From NCBI GenBank assembly GCA_963662275.1, contig OY759316.1, forward strand, positions 544,001 through 608,000: DNA of 64,000 nucleotides. Direction: 5' to 3'. The translations under genes were made by a program, and so were the position numbers. Source of the DNA: Candidatus Cloacimonadales bacterium. GTDB lineage: Bacteria > Cloacimonadota > Cloacimonadia > Cloacimonadales > DAONDQ01. This document shows, one piece after another, positions 40,440-48,984 of this stretch (positions within the stretch are counted from its first letter, which is position 1; the number at the start of each line of letters is the position of its first letter). Below the pieces are notes generated by a model. The model saw nothing but the letters and a program-made list of their open reading frames with translations. It made no database searches and was not told where the DNA came from.

Positions 40440-41840
40440 ATGTTTTTAAGTTGGTTCTATTTTCCTTTTTTAGGGATAGTAGCTTTCATTTATTGGATGC
40501 TTCCTAAACAAAAAATACGGAATATTTTTCTATCATTCGTTAGTTTTGTATTCATTTATTGGTTTGATAAAAAATCCATTGTGGTCATTCTTGGTCTCAC
40601 GATATTCACTTTTGCGATAGCTAGTTGGATTGAAAAAAGGAATGGAGGAAAACTTGCTCATACTATCGGAGTAATTGGATTAATTATCATACTTGCCATA
40701 TTTAAATACTTGGGATTTTTATCGGGAATTCTAAATAGCTTAGTGAGCTTTGTGCATCAACTTCCGAGTTTTCAAATAGAAAAATTATTTCTTCCTCTAG
40801 GTATTTCATATATTATATTTAAGTATATTAGTTATATCACTGATATTTATTGGGGGACTTTAAAGAAAGGAAGTTTTGTTGATCTGTTATGCTACGGGAG
40901 TTTATTTACAATTTTAGAAGCTGGACCTATTGAACGTTTTGAAAGGATGCAGCCTCAACTAGAATCAAGTAAGATCATATTTGATGTTAAACATGTTGAA
41001 GTAGCAATAGAAAGGATTATCTTCGGACTTTTATTAAAACAAGTAATCGCAAACCGATTAGCTGAATACACGATCACATTCTGGCAAGATCCATCTAAAT
41101 ACTCCTTAGTAGCCCAGGTCACAGCACTATTTGGATATTCCCTTCAGATTTATTTCGATTTTGCCGGTTACAGTAGTATTGCTATCGGATCATCTAGATT
41201 ACTCGGTTTGAAGATAATGGAGAATTTTGATAATCCGTATCTTTCATCTAATATCAGCCAATTTTGGCGTCGTTGGCACATTTCATTGTCCGATTGGATA
41301 CGAGATTATATCTATTTCCCACTGTCCCAAAATCAATCCAATAGATTCTGGATTCTGATTTGTGTACCGATAATCTCAATGTCTTTGTGTGGATTGTGGC
41401 ATGGTGCATCATGGAATTTTGTGATATGGGGAGCATGGCACGGTGTTGGGATTGTTATTTATCAAAATTGGAATAAGTATAAGAGACAGCACAAAAAATC
41501 AGTATTAGCTCTGAATACTCCTTTAATTTCTTTTGTTGCTATGATAATTACATTTATCTATGTTTCATTGGGATGGATGTTATTTCTCTCTACAGATATC
41601 TCCCATGTGACAGATATTCTGATCAAACATGGCGGGAAAGCATTAAGTATACGCTCTACAGTACTCATTTTAGTACTGTTGCTATGCATTTTTCTCGTAC
41701 CCAATTATAATAACATATTGAAGAAATTATCAGAGAAAAGATACTACCAATTTTTGAAATGGCTTACTTTGTTTATTATCTTGGAATGCATTTTAAATTT
41801 ATCATCAGCCAAGACGCTTTTTATTTATGCAGGTTTCTGA
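40440..41840 (+). CDS. MBOAT acyltransferase, tandem paralog, fused FIYAGF motif
   Basis: Same motifs as 38023 gene; ends TLFIYAGF. Confidence 0.92.
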   Translation: MFLSWFYFPFLGIVAFIYWMLPKQKIRNIFLSFVSFVFIYWFDKKSIVVILGLTIFTFAIASWIEKRNGGKLAHTIGVIGLIIILAIFKYLGFLSGILNSLVSFVHQLPSFQIEKLFLPLGISYIIFKYISYITDIYWGTLKKGSFVDLLCYGSLFTILEAGPIERFERMQPQLESSKIIFDVKHVEVAIERIIFGLLLKQVIANRLAEYTITFWQDPSKYSLVAQVTALFGYSLQIYFDFAGYSSIAIGSSRLLGLKIMENFDNPYLSSNISQFWRRWHISLSDWIRDYIYFPLSQNQSNRFWILICVPIISMSLCGLWHGASWNFVIWGAWHGVGIVIYQNWNKYKRQHKKSVLALNTPLISFVAMIITFIYVSLGWMLFLSTDISHVTDILIKHGGKALSIRSTVLILVLLLCIFLVPNYNNILKKLSEKRYYQFLKWLTLFIILECILNLSSAKTLFIYAGF

Positions 41841-42778
41841 TGAAAAAGTTAATTTTTTTAGTTATCTTCATACCCTGTACTATTATCCTGAATAATGTAA
41901 TTAATCTGATGATTAGTAGTAACTTTGCTGACTATGTGTATACAAAAGAATTCCCCTATCAATGGGTTACTAAACTATCTGTAAGTCCCAAAATAATCTT
42001 GGTAGGTAGTTGTACGACGAGAAGAGCTTACTCGTCAAAAGCGCTACAGGAGGCATTAGGATTGCAGGATGGGGAAGTAATAAATCTTGCGACAACTCCA
42101 AATAATCCAGAGATCACATATTTTCTGGTGAACAAGTACATTAATAGCTTTGCTAGTAATGCTCTCATTTTGTATGGTATCGACCCCTTTATCCTTAGTG
42201 AGATTTATTATAAGAATTTTAACATTCTATTGTCTCAGTGGAGTTTGAAAGAACGATTCGATTATGTTGCTGCAAATAATAGTGATTTCCCCACTACAAT
42301 GAATATCGTAGATGGAGGTAACGTTTTCATGAATATAAAGGAAATTGTCATGAATAACAACACTGATACAAAGCTAAATGATTTCGGCAGCACTATTCCA
42401 AGTAAGGTTGCAGAATCTGATCAACCTCCACTCAATCAATGGTTTTATCTTTCTACTTATAATATATCTCAGCGTTTTATGGAGAATGTCTCAAAACTCG
42501 ATAAATTAGTATATCAAAAACACCGAAAAATGATTGTCTATTATCCCGTTTATCCGGATTGTTATATGAAGCAATATGAAAAGATCAATTGTCATAACAG
42601 CATTCAGGCTCAATTACATAAAGCTATTCAACTAAATCGTTTCGATGACCAATTATCAACTTATCCTGATTCCTGCTACGTTGATCTTGTACATATTTCT
42701 CAAAAAGCGAGAAATGATTTTTTAGCAAGTATAATTGATGTCATTAAGAGATCCGGATTCCAAGTTACAACAAAATAG
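41840..42778 (+). CDS. Membrane-anchored SGNH-like protein, tandem paralog
   Basis: Start set at TGATG overlap (MKKLIF); ILVGSCTT, GEVINLAT, DFPTTMNIV, DLVH shared with 39426 gene. Confidence 0.6.
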   Translation: MKKLIFLVIFIPCTIILNNVINLMISSNFADYVYTKEFPYQWVTKLSVSPKIILVGSCTTRRAYSSKALQEALGLQDGEVINLATTPNNPEITYFLVNKYINSFASNALILYGIDPFILSEIYYKNFNILLSQWSLKERFDYVAANNSDFPTTMNIVDGGNVFMNIKEIVMNNNTDTKLNDFGSTIPSKVAESDQPPLNQWFYLSTYNISQRFMENVSKLDKLVYQKHRKMIVYYPVYPDCYMKQYEKINCHNSIQAQLHKAIQLNRFDDQLSTYPDSCYVDLVHISQKARNDFLASIIDVIKRSGFQVTTK

Positions 42779-42894
42779 CAATACTGCAACCGATAACTAG
42801 CCTTTTATACACAAAATGAATTGTGGTTCATTGAAGATGAATGTGAAGTTCAGTACTTTTCTTAGTCGGATTCAATAAATGAGAACAATATAAC

Positions 42895-43881
42895 TCACTG
42901 TTTGAAGGTTTTGAATAGATCTAAACCTAGTACTTGATTGCCTAGAGTATTAAAATGTCCACCAGTGATAAAATAACGTCCATCATAACTAATAGAACCA
43001 TCATATCCAAAATTAATTCCTGCTTTTCGGCAATCAACGTCAATTATTTTATTCCATTTATCGCTCATTATTGATAAGCACAAAAACCTATCACCATATT
43101 GTCTATGCATTTCATGAAGATTTGATAACAATATGAGATATGCCTCTTGATTAAATTCAAGAGATGAATAAGGACGATAATAGATTTTTTCTGCTTTTGT
43201 TGAACCTTTAACGATACCCGGTTTTCGGAAACTGACTCTTACCAGATTTACTAAAGATGATTTATTACAGATCAACTTCACAATATCGAATTTCCAGTCA
43301 TGAGTTTCCTGATCAAAATTATCTGGTAATACGTATGATTCAGACTTAGCATTTAGCATATTTGTTACGGTTCCATCATTAATAATTAAGATAACATAAT
43401 CAGGTTTAATTTTTTTTGACCAATGAATCAATCGGCACCATCCCTCAAATGGTATTTGTCCACCAAGACCGATATTGATAACTTGAAAATCTTTAGATAT
43501 ATGCTTACTTAATAATTCTTGGAATACCGATGTGGACATCTCCTTTGGAGCTGTGGCTCTTGCTTCAACATATGAGTTGCCCATAACATAAATGTACTTG
43601 GAATTATCGTTTATAACTACATCTGTTCCCTGAAGCCCAAGATTGTTTTTCCTATAGACATGATATCCACCTTCCAATGAATAATAACTCGCATGAGGTA
43701 AAAACTCGTTTTCGTAAAGAGGAGCATTGGGAGTTTTATCATTCGGATAGATATGATATGATTTTCCAAACCCTAAAGTCGGGAAGTGTGTTACTACTCT
43801 TACTAAAAATTCAACACATACAAATGAAATGGCGGTAATGATAATATATAGAAGTGCTATTTTGAGTTTCGAAGTCAACAT
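42895..43881 (-). CDS. SGNH/GDSL family membrane-anchored protein (AlgJ/PatB-like position)
   Basis: N-terminal TM ...VEFLVR, NNLG, VMGNSYVEA, VINIGLGG, KPDYVIL, GHFNTLGNQ; alternative start 43914. Confidence 0.75.
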   Translation of the reverse strand: MLTSKLKIALLYIIITAISFVCVEFLVRVVTHFPTLGFGKSYHIYPNDKTPNAPLYENEFLPHASYYSLEGGYHVYRKNNLGLQGTDVVINDNSKYIYVMGNSYVEARATAPKEMSTSVFQELLSKHISKDFQVINIGLGGQIPFEGWCRLIHWSKKIKPDYVILIINDGTVTNMLNAKSESYVLPDNFDQETHDWKFDIVKLICNKSSLVNLVRVSFRKPGIVKGSTKAEKIYYRPYSSLEFNQEAYLILLSNLHEMHRQYGDRFLCLSIMSDKWNKIIDVDCRKAGINFGYDGSISYDGRYFITGGHFNTLGNQVLGLDLFKTFKQ

Positions 43882-43918
43882 ACAAAACTTCCTAGTATAT
43901 AAATATACATACATCTAA

Positions 43919-45067
43919 TTACCTCAACCACCAAGTTCCAACGGTGACGAAAACAAAAGTAATAACAACACTCACATACTGAAACCATACTGCTTCAGCA
44001 GCTTTTGAGAGAGAACGATGTTGACGTTTGAATTGGCTCCATAATCTCCAGATAGCAATTCCTACTCCATGCCAGATACCCCATATTACAAAATGCCAAG
44101 CTGCACCATGCCACAGACCGCATATTCCCATTGCTATGATGGGTGTACATACAAACATCCAGAATTTGCTTGTGCTTTTTTGTGATAGAGGAACAAAAAT
44201 ATAATCTCTTATCCAATCAGACAAGGATATGTGCCAACGTCTCCAGAACTGACTGATATTCGGAGCAAAAAAAGGGTTATCGAAATTTTCCATGATTGTC
44301 AAACCATACAATTTGGATGAACCAATGGCAATATCGCTATAACCTGAAAAATCAAAATAGACTTGCAGGGAAAAACCAAACAAAGCTGCTATTTGAATTA
44401 AAGATGAATAATGTTCCGGTCCTCTGAAAACCGGATTGATAAGATATCCTAACCAATCTGCCAATACATATTTCTTGATTAAACCATAAACGATTCTTTC
44501 AAAACCTACACTGATAAAAGCGGTTTGAAATTGAATACGTCGACTTTCTAACTGTGGTTTTAGGCGAACGAATTGCTCAATTGGACCAGCAATAAAAATT
44601 GTATAAAGAGAACCATAGCAAAGAAAATCCAGAAATTTACCCTTTTGAATGATCTCCCATTTTATATCAGTTAAATAGCTAATATATTTGAAAACAATAT
44701 AGGATATACCCAAAGGTAGAAACAGCTTATCTATTTGAAATATGGGTAGGATATGAATAAAACTCATCAAACTATTTATGATACCGCTTAGGAATCCAAG
44801 ATACTTAAAAATAAGAAGAACAAGTATCAGACCGATAATACCCATTGTGTGGACGTAATGTTTACGGATTTTTTCCATCAAGATAGCTATCCCATAGGTA
44901 TATAAGGTTAATCCGATGACTACCAATACCGCATTAGGATCAAGGTATCCGATAAAAATGAAGCTAATCAATGTTAAGAATGTATTACGCCACTTTTGAT
45001 TGGGAATTAACCAATAAAGTAAAACTGTAATGATTACAAATGGGAAAAAGAGAACCTTACCCAACAT
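43919..45067 (-). CDS. Short MBOAT acyltransferase (DltB-like, no C-terminal Tyr motif)
   Basis: PLGISY, AGPIE, DFSGYSDIAIG, FWRRWHISLS, GLWHGA; ends VGTWWLR; ATG after GGAG RBS. Confidence 0.9.
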   Translation of the reverse strand: MLGKVLFFPFVIITVLLYWLIPNQKWRNTFLTLISFIFIGYLDPNAVLVVIGLTLYTYGIAILMEKIRKHYVHTMGIIGLILVLLIFKYLGFLSGIINSLMSFIHILPIFQIDKLFLPLGISYIVFKYISYLTDIKWEIIQKGKFLDFLCYGSLYTIFIAGPIEQFVRLKPQLESRRIQFQTAFISVGFERIVYGLIKKYVLADWLGYLINPVFRGPEHYSSLIQIAALFGFSLQVYFDFSGYSDIAIGSSKLYGLTIMENFDNPFFAPNISQFWRRWHISLSDWIRDYIFVPLSQKSTSKFWMFVCTPIIAMGICGLWHGAAWHFVIWGIWHGVGIAIWRLWSQFKRQHRSLSKAAEAVWFQYVSVVITFVFVTVGTWWLR

Positions 45068-45114
45068 AATAAGTTTCTCCAAGATCTATAATCTGGTTGA
45101 TGCTATGATAATGA

Positions 45115-45273
45115 TTAGAAATTTGCATAGAAAAACGGATTGCTTGTTGTTACAATTATATGGTTAAAAGCAATAGAAGCAATAGCCAAAATAAAGAGAA
45201 AGCTTAAAATGAAATACTTGAGTAATGAAGCCAATAGTGGCTTTGTCTCGCTTAACTTTGAAAATAATTTCAT
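45115..45273 (-). CDS. DltX-like small membrane acyl-shuttle protein (not in ORF track)
   Basis: 52 aa MKLFSKLSETKPLLASLLKYFILSFLFILAIASIAFNHIIVTTSNPFFYANF; one TM, terminal FFYANF, purine-rich RBS, lies between ACP and MBOAT. Confidence 0.85.
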   Translation of the reverse strand: MKLFSKLSETKPLLASLLKYFILSFLFILAIASIAFNHIIVTTSNPFFYANF

Positions 45274-45334
45274 CTTCAACCTTCCCTTTTGTTAGCATAT
45301 GGGATACAATTGCATATATCATAAAATGAATAGA

Positions 45335-45583
45335 TTAATCCTCAAATTTATCCATCCCGATTAGATTCATTAAATCACCAATCGTACCAACTTCATTCAG
45401 TTTTTTTGCTATAATATTGATTCCAAATCTTTTACTGATAAAAGATACGAGTGACACAACCGATAAGGAATCATAACCTTCGATGCTTGCTAGTTTGGTA
45501 TTAACAGTTATTTTGGGCGCGTCAGGATCTGAAGAATCAGCAAATTCATTTAACAACTCTTCGATAAATCGGTCTTTTTTCAT
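45335..45583 (-). CDS. Acyl carrier protein
   Basis: YDSLSVV Ppant site, TIGDL; ATG after AAGGAG. Confidence 0.85.
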   Translation of the reverse strand: MKKDRFIEELLNEFADSSDPDAPKITVNTKLASIEGYDSLSVVSLVSFISKRFGINIIAKKLNEVGTIGDLMNLIGMDKFED

Positions 45584-45597
45584 GTCTTCTCCTTTAG

Positions 45598-46902
45598 TCA
45601 ATTCTGAAAATTAATCTGTCTGAATTTTCTTTGCATTTTACTCATAAATGGTTGAATGCTTGAGGCAGCCAATACGATGAGGAAGCAATCAAGCACAATT
45701 CTATAACGCTCAAGGGTATAAGGGATAAATAGCACATGTATTATGGTATGCCAAATGAAGATACACAGCAGAAAAACAAATATCTGATTATCTTTTGTTT
45801 TCAGTTTTAACATTCCATAGAAAAAAAAAGGTATGAGCATACCATACATCAATCCAGAAACAAGATTGTGTTTTAGAGACCATTTACCATCCCAGAGATA
45901 ACCATCTAATTTATACCCTTCGTGGAAATCTACTGGAGCCCATAACTCTAGAAACCGCGACCATAACTTCTCACCAGTTGAGAATTTATGGGGCAATAAA
46001 CCTCTTCGAATGGCTGCCGCGAATTCAGGTCGAATTTCTCCATCAATCAGATGTGCAGTATAACCATTTCTAACGGAGTCAATTTGTGTTGGTGTTAATT
46101 CCCATGCCCAATCATTATTCGCATAATACTCCTGGTATGGGTATCCGAAAAGTTTGTCAGTAATGGGTGCTGTTCTGACTGAAAGAATCACAATTTTATG
46201 GTAAACATGATAATTACGTATTAACCAGGGAACCATACACATGAATACAATTAAGGAAAAGATCAAAGCAGATTGTAATTTTTTGATAATGCTATCTGTA
46301 TTAAGCATAAATAATGCTACAAATAGGAGAGGAATATAGGCAAAAAATCTCTCATCAATATGGATCAAGAGAGAATAAGAGAGTGAACACAGAAGTAGGG
46401 GAATCCATTTCCTAGAGACTTTTCTAAAACGTAAAACACAAAATATGGTCGATAAAAATAAAAAATGAATCCAAATCTCTTTTCCTGAAGTTACGATGAA
46501 TCGAAGATAGAAATAATAAACAGAACTCCATATTAAAGCCATAAGTCCAATGGTTTCATTAAACAACTCTTTCCCTAAGTAATAGATCAGGATACATAAT
46601 CCCGTACTTAATAGTGTATTAAATAAGAAAATAACCAACCAGGATTTTCCCAATAGCGTAAAAAGAATTGCTAAAATCCAACCCATCCCAGGTCCAACTA
46701 CTTTTGCCACTGAATTCATCGATGTAATATCCGGTAAGAAAAATCCCTGTGTCATAACACTTTCAGCAAGACTGTAGTACGCTAAATCATCAGCGAAACC
46801 TTCATAGACTTTTGTATAGTAACCATATAATGCCAAGATCAAACGTATTATGAAAGCAACTGATATGATATAAAATAAAAGGCTAGTATTAGTAATTTTC
46901 AT
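45598..46902 (-). CDS. GT-C fold glycosyltransferase (ArnT/PMT-like)
   Basis: IRL...DDLAYYSLA first loop, multiple TMs, PWLIRNY, RYRI. Confidence 0.78.
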   Translation of the reverse strand: MKITNTSLLFYIISVAFIIRLILALYGYYTKVYEGFADDLAYYSLAESVMTQGFFLPDITSMNSVAKVVGPGMGWILAILFTLLGKSWLVIFLFNTLLSTGLCILIYYLGKELFNETIGLMALIWSSVYYFYLRFIVTSGKEIWIHFLFLSTIFCVLRFRKVSRKWIPLLLCSLSYSLLIHIDERFFAYIPLLFVALFMLNTDSIIKKLQSALIFSLIVFMCMVPWLIRNYHVYHKIVILSVRTAPITDKLFGYPYQEYYANNDWAWELTPTQIDSVRNGYTAHLIDGEIRPEFAAAIRRGLLPHKFSTGEKLWSRFLELWAPVDFHEGYKLDGYLWDGKWSLKHNLVSGLMYGMLIPFFFYGMLKLKTKDNQIFVFLLCIFIWHTIIHVLFIPYTLERYRIVLDCFLIVLAASSIQPFMSKMQRKFRQINFQN

Positions 46903-46911
46903 TCAATTTTC

Positions 46912-47295
46912 TCAGCTTCGTGTTACAAGGAAAACGCCAATTACTATGACAAAAACACCAAAAATTCGATAAGTATTCACATTTTCATGAAAAAGTAAAG
47001 CACCAAATAGAAGAACCAGAACATATGAAAGACTCATTATTGGAGCAGCTTTACTGATATCAACAGATGTCAGGATATATAAATATATCGACATCGATAA
47101 AACATAGCAGAATACTCCTGTAATCAATTGCCAGTTCGTTAAAATATTTTTAAATACAAAATCTAAAGATATTAGTTTCAAACTTAAGTCGAGTCTCTGG
47201 GAGGCATATTTCATTAATACTTGTCCAAGTACTCCAACAGCTAAACAAATAATGAAAATCAATACCATCTGCAACCTAAGCTTATCTTCGTTCAT
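46912..47295 (-). CDS. EamA/ArnE-F-like small flippase
   Basis: 4 TMs, GQVLMK, DISKAAPIMSLSYV, LFHE. Confidence 0.8.
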   Translation of the reverse strand: MNEDKLRLQMVLIFIICLAVGVLGQVLMKYASQRLDLSLKLISLDFVFKNILTNWQLITGVFCYVLSMSIYLYILTSVDISKAAPIMSLSYVLVLLFGALLFHENVNTYRIFGVFVIVIGVFLVTRS

Positions 47296-47644
47296 TCTTT
47301 TTTTTCTGTTGTCTTATCATCCCGTCATTAACAGCTAAGAAGGATATTACTTCTTGCAACCTATCGGAAACTTCACAGAGCTTGATCGACAGATGTAAGA
47401 TATAAATAAGGAGGAAGAATATGACACCAACAACGACGATTCCTGAAGCATCTGCAGATCCAATTAAAACAGAAACAGCCTTTATCTGACTTTCAAAGAT
47501 GACCAGGCAGAACATAGCTAAACTGATAATGAGCCAAAGCACGGAATAAAATGGTTTGATAGAGCGTTTTCTAACTAGTAAGATAAAAACAAATAGGAAA
47601 AATAACGCTGATATCAGGGCTAAAATTCTAAGCGTTAATGTCAT
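47282..47644 (-). CDS. DUF2304 family membrane protein
   Basis: VRKRSIKPFYSVLWL, 3 TMs, C-terminal coiled segment; adjacent to DPM-like GT2. Confidence 0.75.
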   Translation of the reverse strand: MTLTLRILALISALFFLFVFILLVRKRSIKPFYSVLWLIISLAMFCLVIFESQIKAVSVLIGSADASGIVVVGVIFFLLIYILHLSIKLCEVSDRLQEVISFLAVNDGMIRQQKKKNERR

Positions 47645-47645
47645 A

Positions 47646-48362
47646 TTATGAACCTCTGATTTGATCTTTTTGTAATCTTGTACCGATTATCGATATAATT
47701 CCGTAAATGATGAATTTAACGCTATTCATGAAATTGAAAACAGATTTCCCCGAAGTACGTGGATTCATCACGACCGGTACTTCCTTCATCCTCAATTTGG
47801 CATATGCTGCAATCATCAGCATCTGTGCACAATGCTCATATTCATGTTTATGCTGATTTGCAAAAAAGTGAATTGCTTTTTTATTATATGCTCTGAATCC
47901 TGAAGTAATATCTGTGATGCGTTGTCCTGTAAACCAAGTAACAATATCAGAGAATATGGTAATTCCAAGTCTTCGAAATTTGTATGATTGAAATCCTTCA
48001 TTTGTAATGAATCTTGATCCAATCGCAATATCAGCGTTTCCATCCAAGACAGGTTGTAGTAGGTCATGCAGACAAGAAGCATTATGCTGATTATCTCCAT
48101 CAAGATTGCAGTAAATGTCATAATCATTGAGATAAGCGTAAAGAAAACTGGTTTTAATTACACCGGAAACCCCACCCGTATTAACTGCGTGACGCAAATA
48201 CTCTTCTCCACTTTTTTTTATTAGCTCATAACTTCTATCAACGGACGAGTTATCTATTATCAACAGATCTGCGTCTATTTTGGCATGATTACGAAAGTCA
48301 GCAATTGTATCTAGGATTGCTCCTTCCTCATTGTAGCATGAAATAACGGTTAAAATTTTCAC
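47646..48362 (-). CDS. GT2 polyprenol-phosphate sugar synthase (DPM1/ArnC-like)
   Basis: YNEE, IDNSSVD, LDGDNQH, IGSRF, DITSGFRAY, EVPVVMNPRTSGKS. Confidence 0.85.
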   Translation of the reverse strand: MKILTVISCYNEEGAILDTIADFRNHAKIDADLLIIDNSSVDRSYELIKKSGEEYLRHAVNTGGVSGVIKTSFLYAYLNDYDIYCNLDGDNQHNASCLHDLLQPVLDGNADIAIGSRFITNEGFQSYKFRRLGITIFSDIVTWFTGQRITDITSGFRAYNKKAIHFFANQHKHEYEHCAQMLMIAAYAKLRMKEVPVVMNPRTSGKSVFNFMNSVKFIIYGIISIIGTRLQKDQIRGS

Positions 48363-48400
48363 TATTTGCTCCAGTGCAAGTTAAACGAAGTAATTCTCTA

Positions 48401-48961
48401 TTAGTCTTGAATTAAGGGATGATTCTGGTTGAAATTAAACAATGACATGAGAAGTACATCATGATAGCAGGAATTATGATAATGCTGTGCTTTTAATGTT
48501 CCTTCCAGGATAAATCCATTCTTTTCAAAAACTCTTCTCGAAGCAGTGTTATCAGAAGTAATAAAGCATGTAAGCTTATTCAGATTTAAATTCCCAAATG
48601 AAAAATCAATCAGCAATTGCAATATCTCTGTTCCGATTCCTTTGCCATGAGTTTCATGTTCTCCAATGACTATCAAAGGATTTGCATTCCGGTTCACATA
48701 ATTGATATTCGTTAGTCCCGTGAAACCCAAAAGACGAGATGTTTCATTATCGATCACAGAAAAATAGATATTTTTATTACTTGTAGAACTAACTACTGAA
48801 TTCATCCAGTCTTCTTCCTGCTGTATTGTAACAGGATATGGATGCATCATGGCTGAGTACTTATAATTTGCATTATTATGCCATTCATTAATTAAATCCA
48901 GATCTTCGCTCTTCATCTGCCTAAAAGAAATATGCTCTCCATTCAGTAGATATTTGCTCAC
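48401..48961 (-). CDS. GNAT N-acyltransferase (PseH/RimJ-like)
   Basis: IGEHETHGKGIGTE, LNLNKL, DNTASRRVFEKNGFILEG. Confidence 0.85.
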   Translation of the reverse strand: MSKYLLNGEHISFRQMKSEDLDLINEWHNNANYKYSAMMHPYPVTIQQEEDWMNSVVSSTSNKNIYFSVIDNETSRLLGFTGLTNINYVNRNANPLIVIGEHETHGKGIGTEILQLLIDFSFGNLNLNKLTCFITSDNTASRRVFEKNGFILEGTLKAQHYHNSCYHDVLLMSLFNFNQNHPLIQD

Positions 48962-48984
48962 TAATAGGCTCCTTTTAAAAAAAA

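Noticed and set aside
36200..42894. Invertible (phase-variable) segment explaining the + strand island
   Set aside because: No convincing inverted repeats found at the two boundaries and no recombinase in the window
24022..45067. Alginate biosynthesis operon (AlgD-, AlgI-, AlgJ-like genes)
   Set aside because: No Alg8/Alg44/AlgK/AlgE equivalents; Wzx and an initiating transferase indicate a repeat-unit pathway
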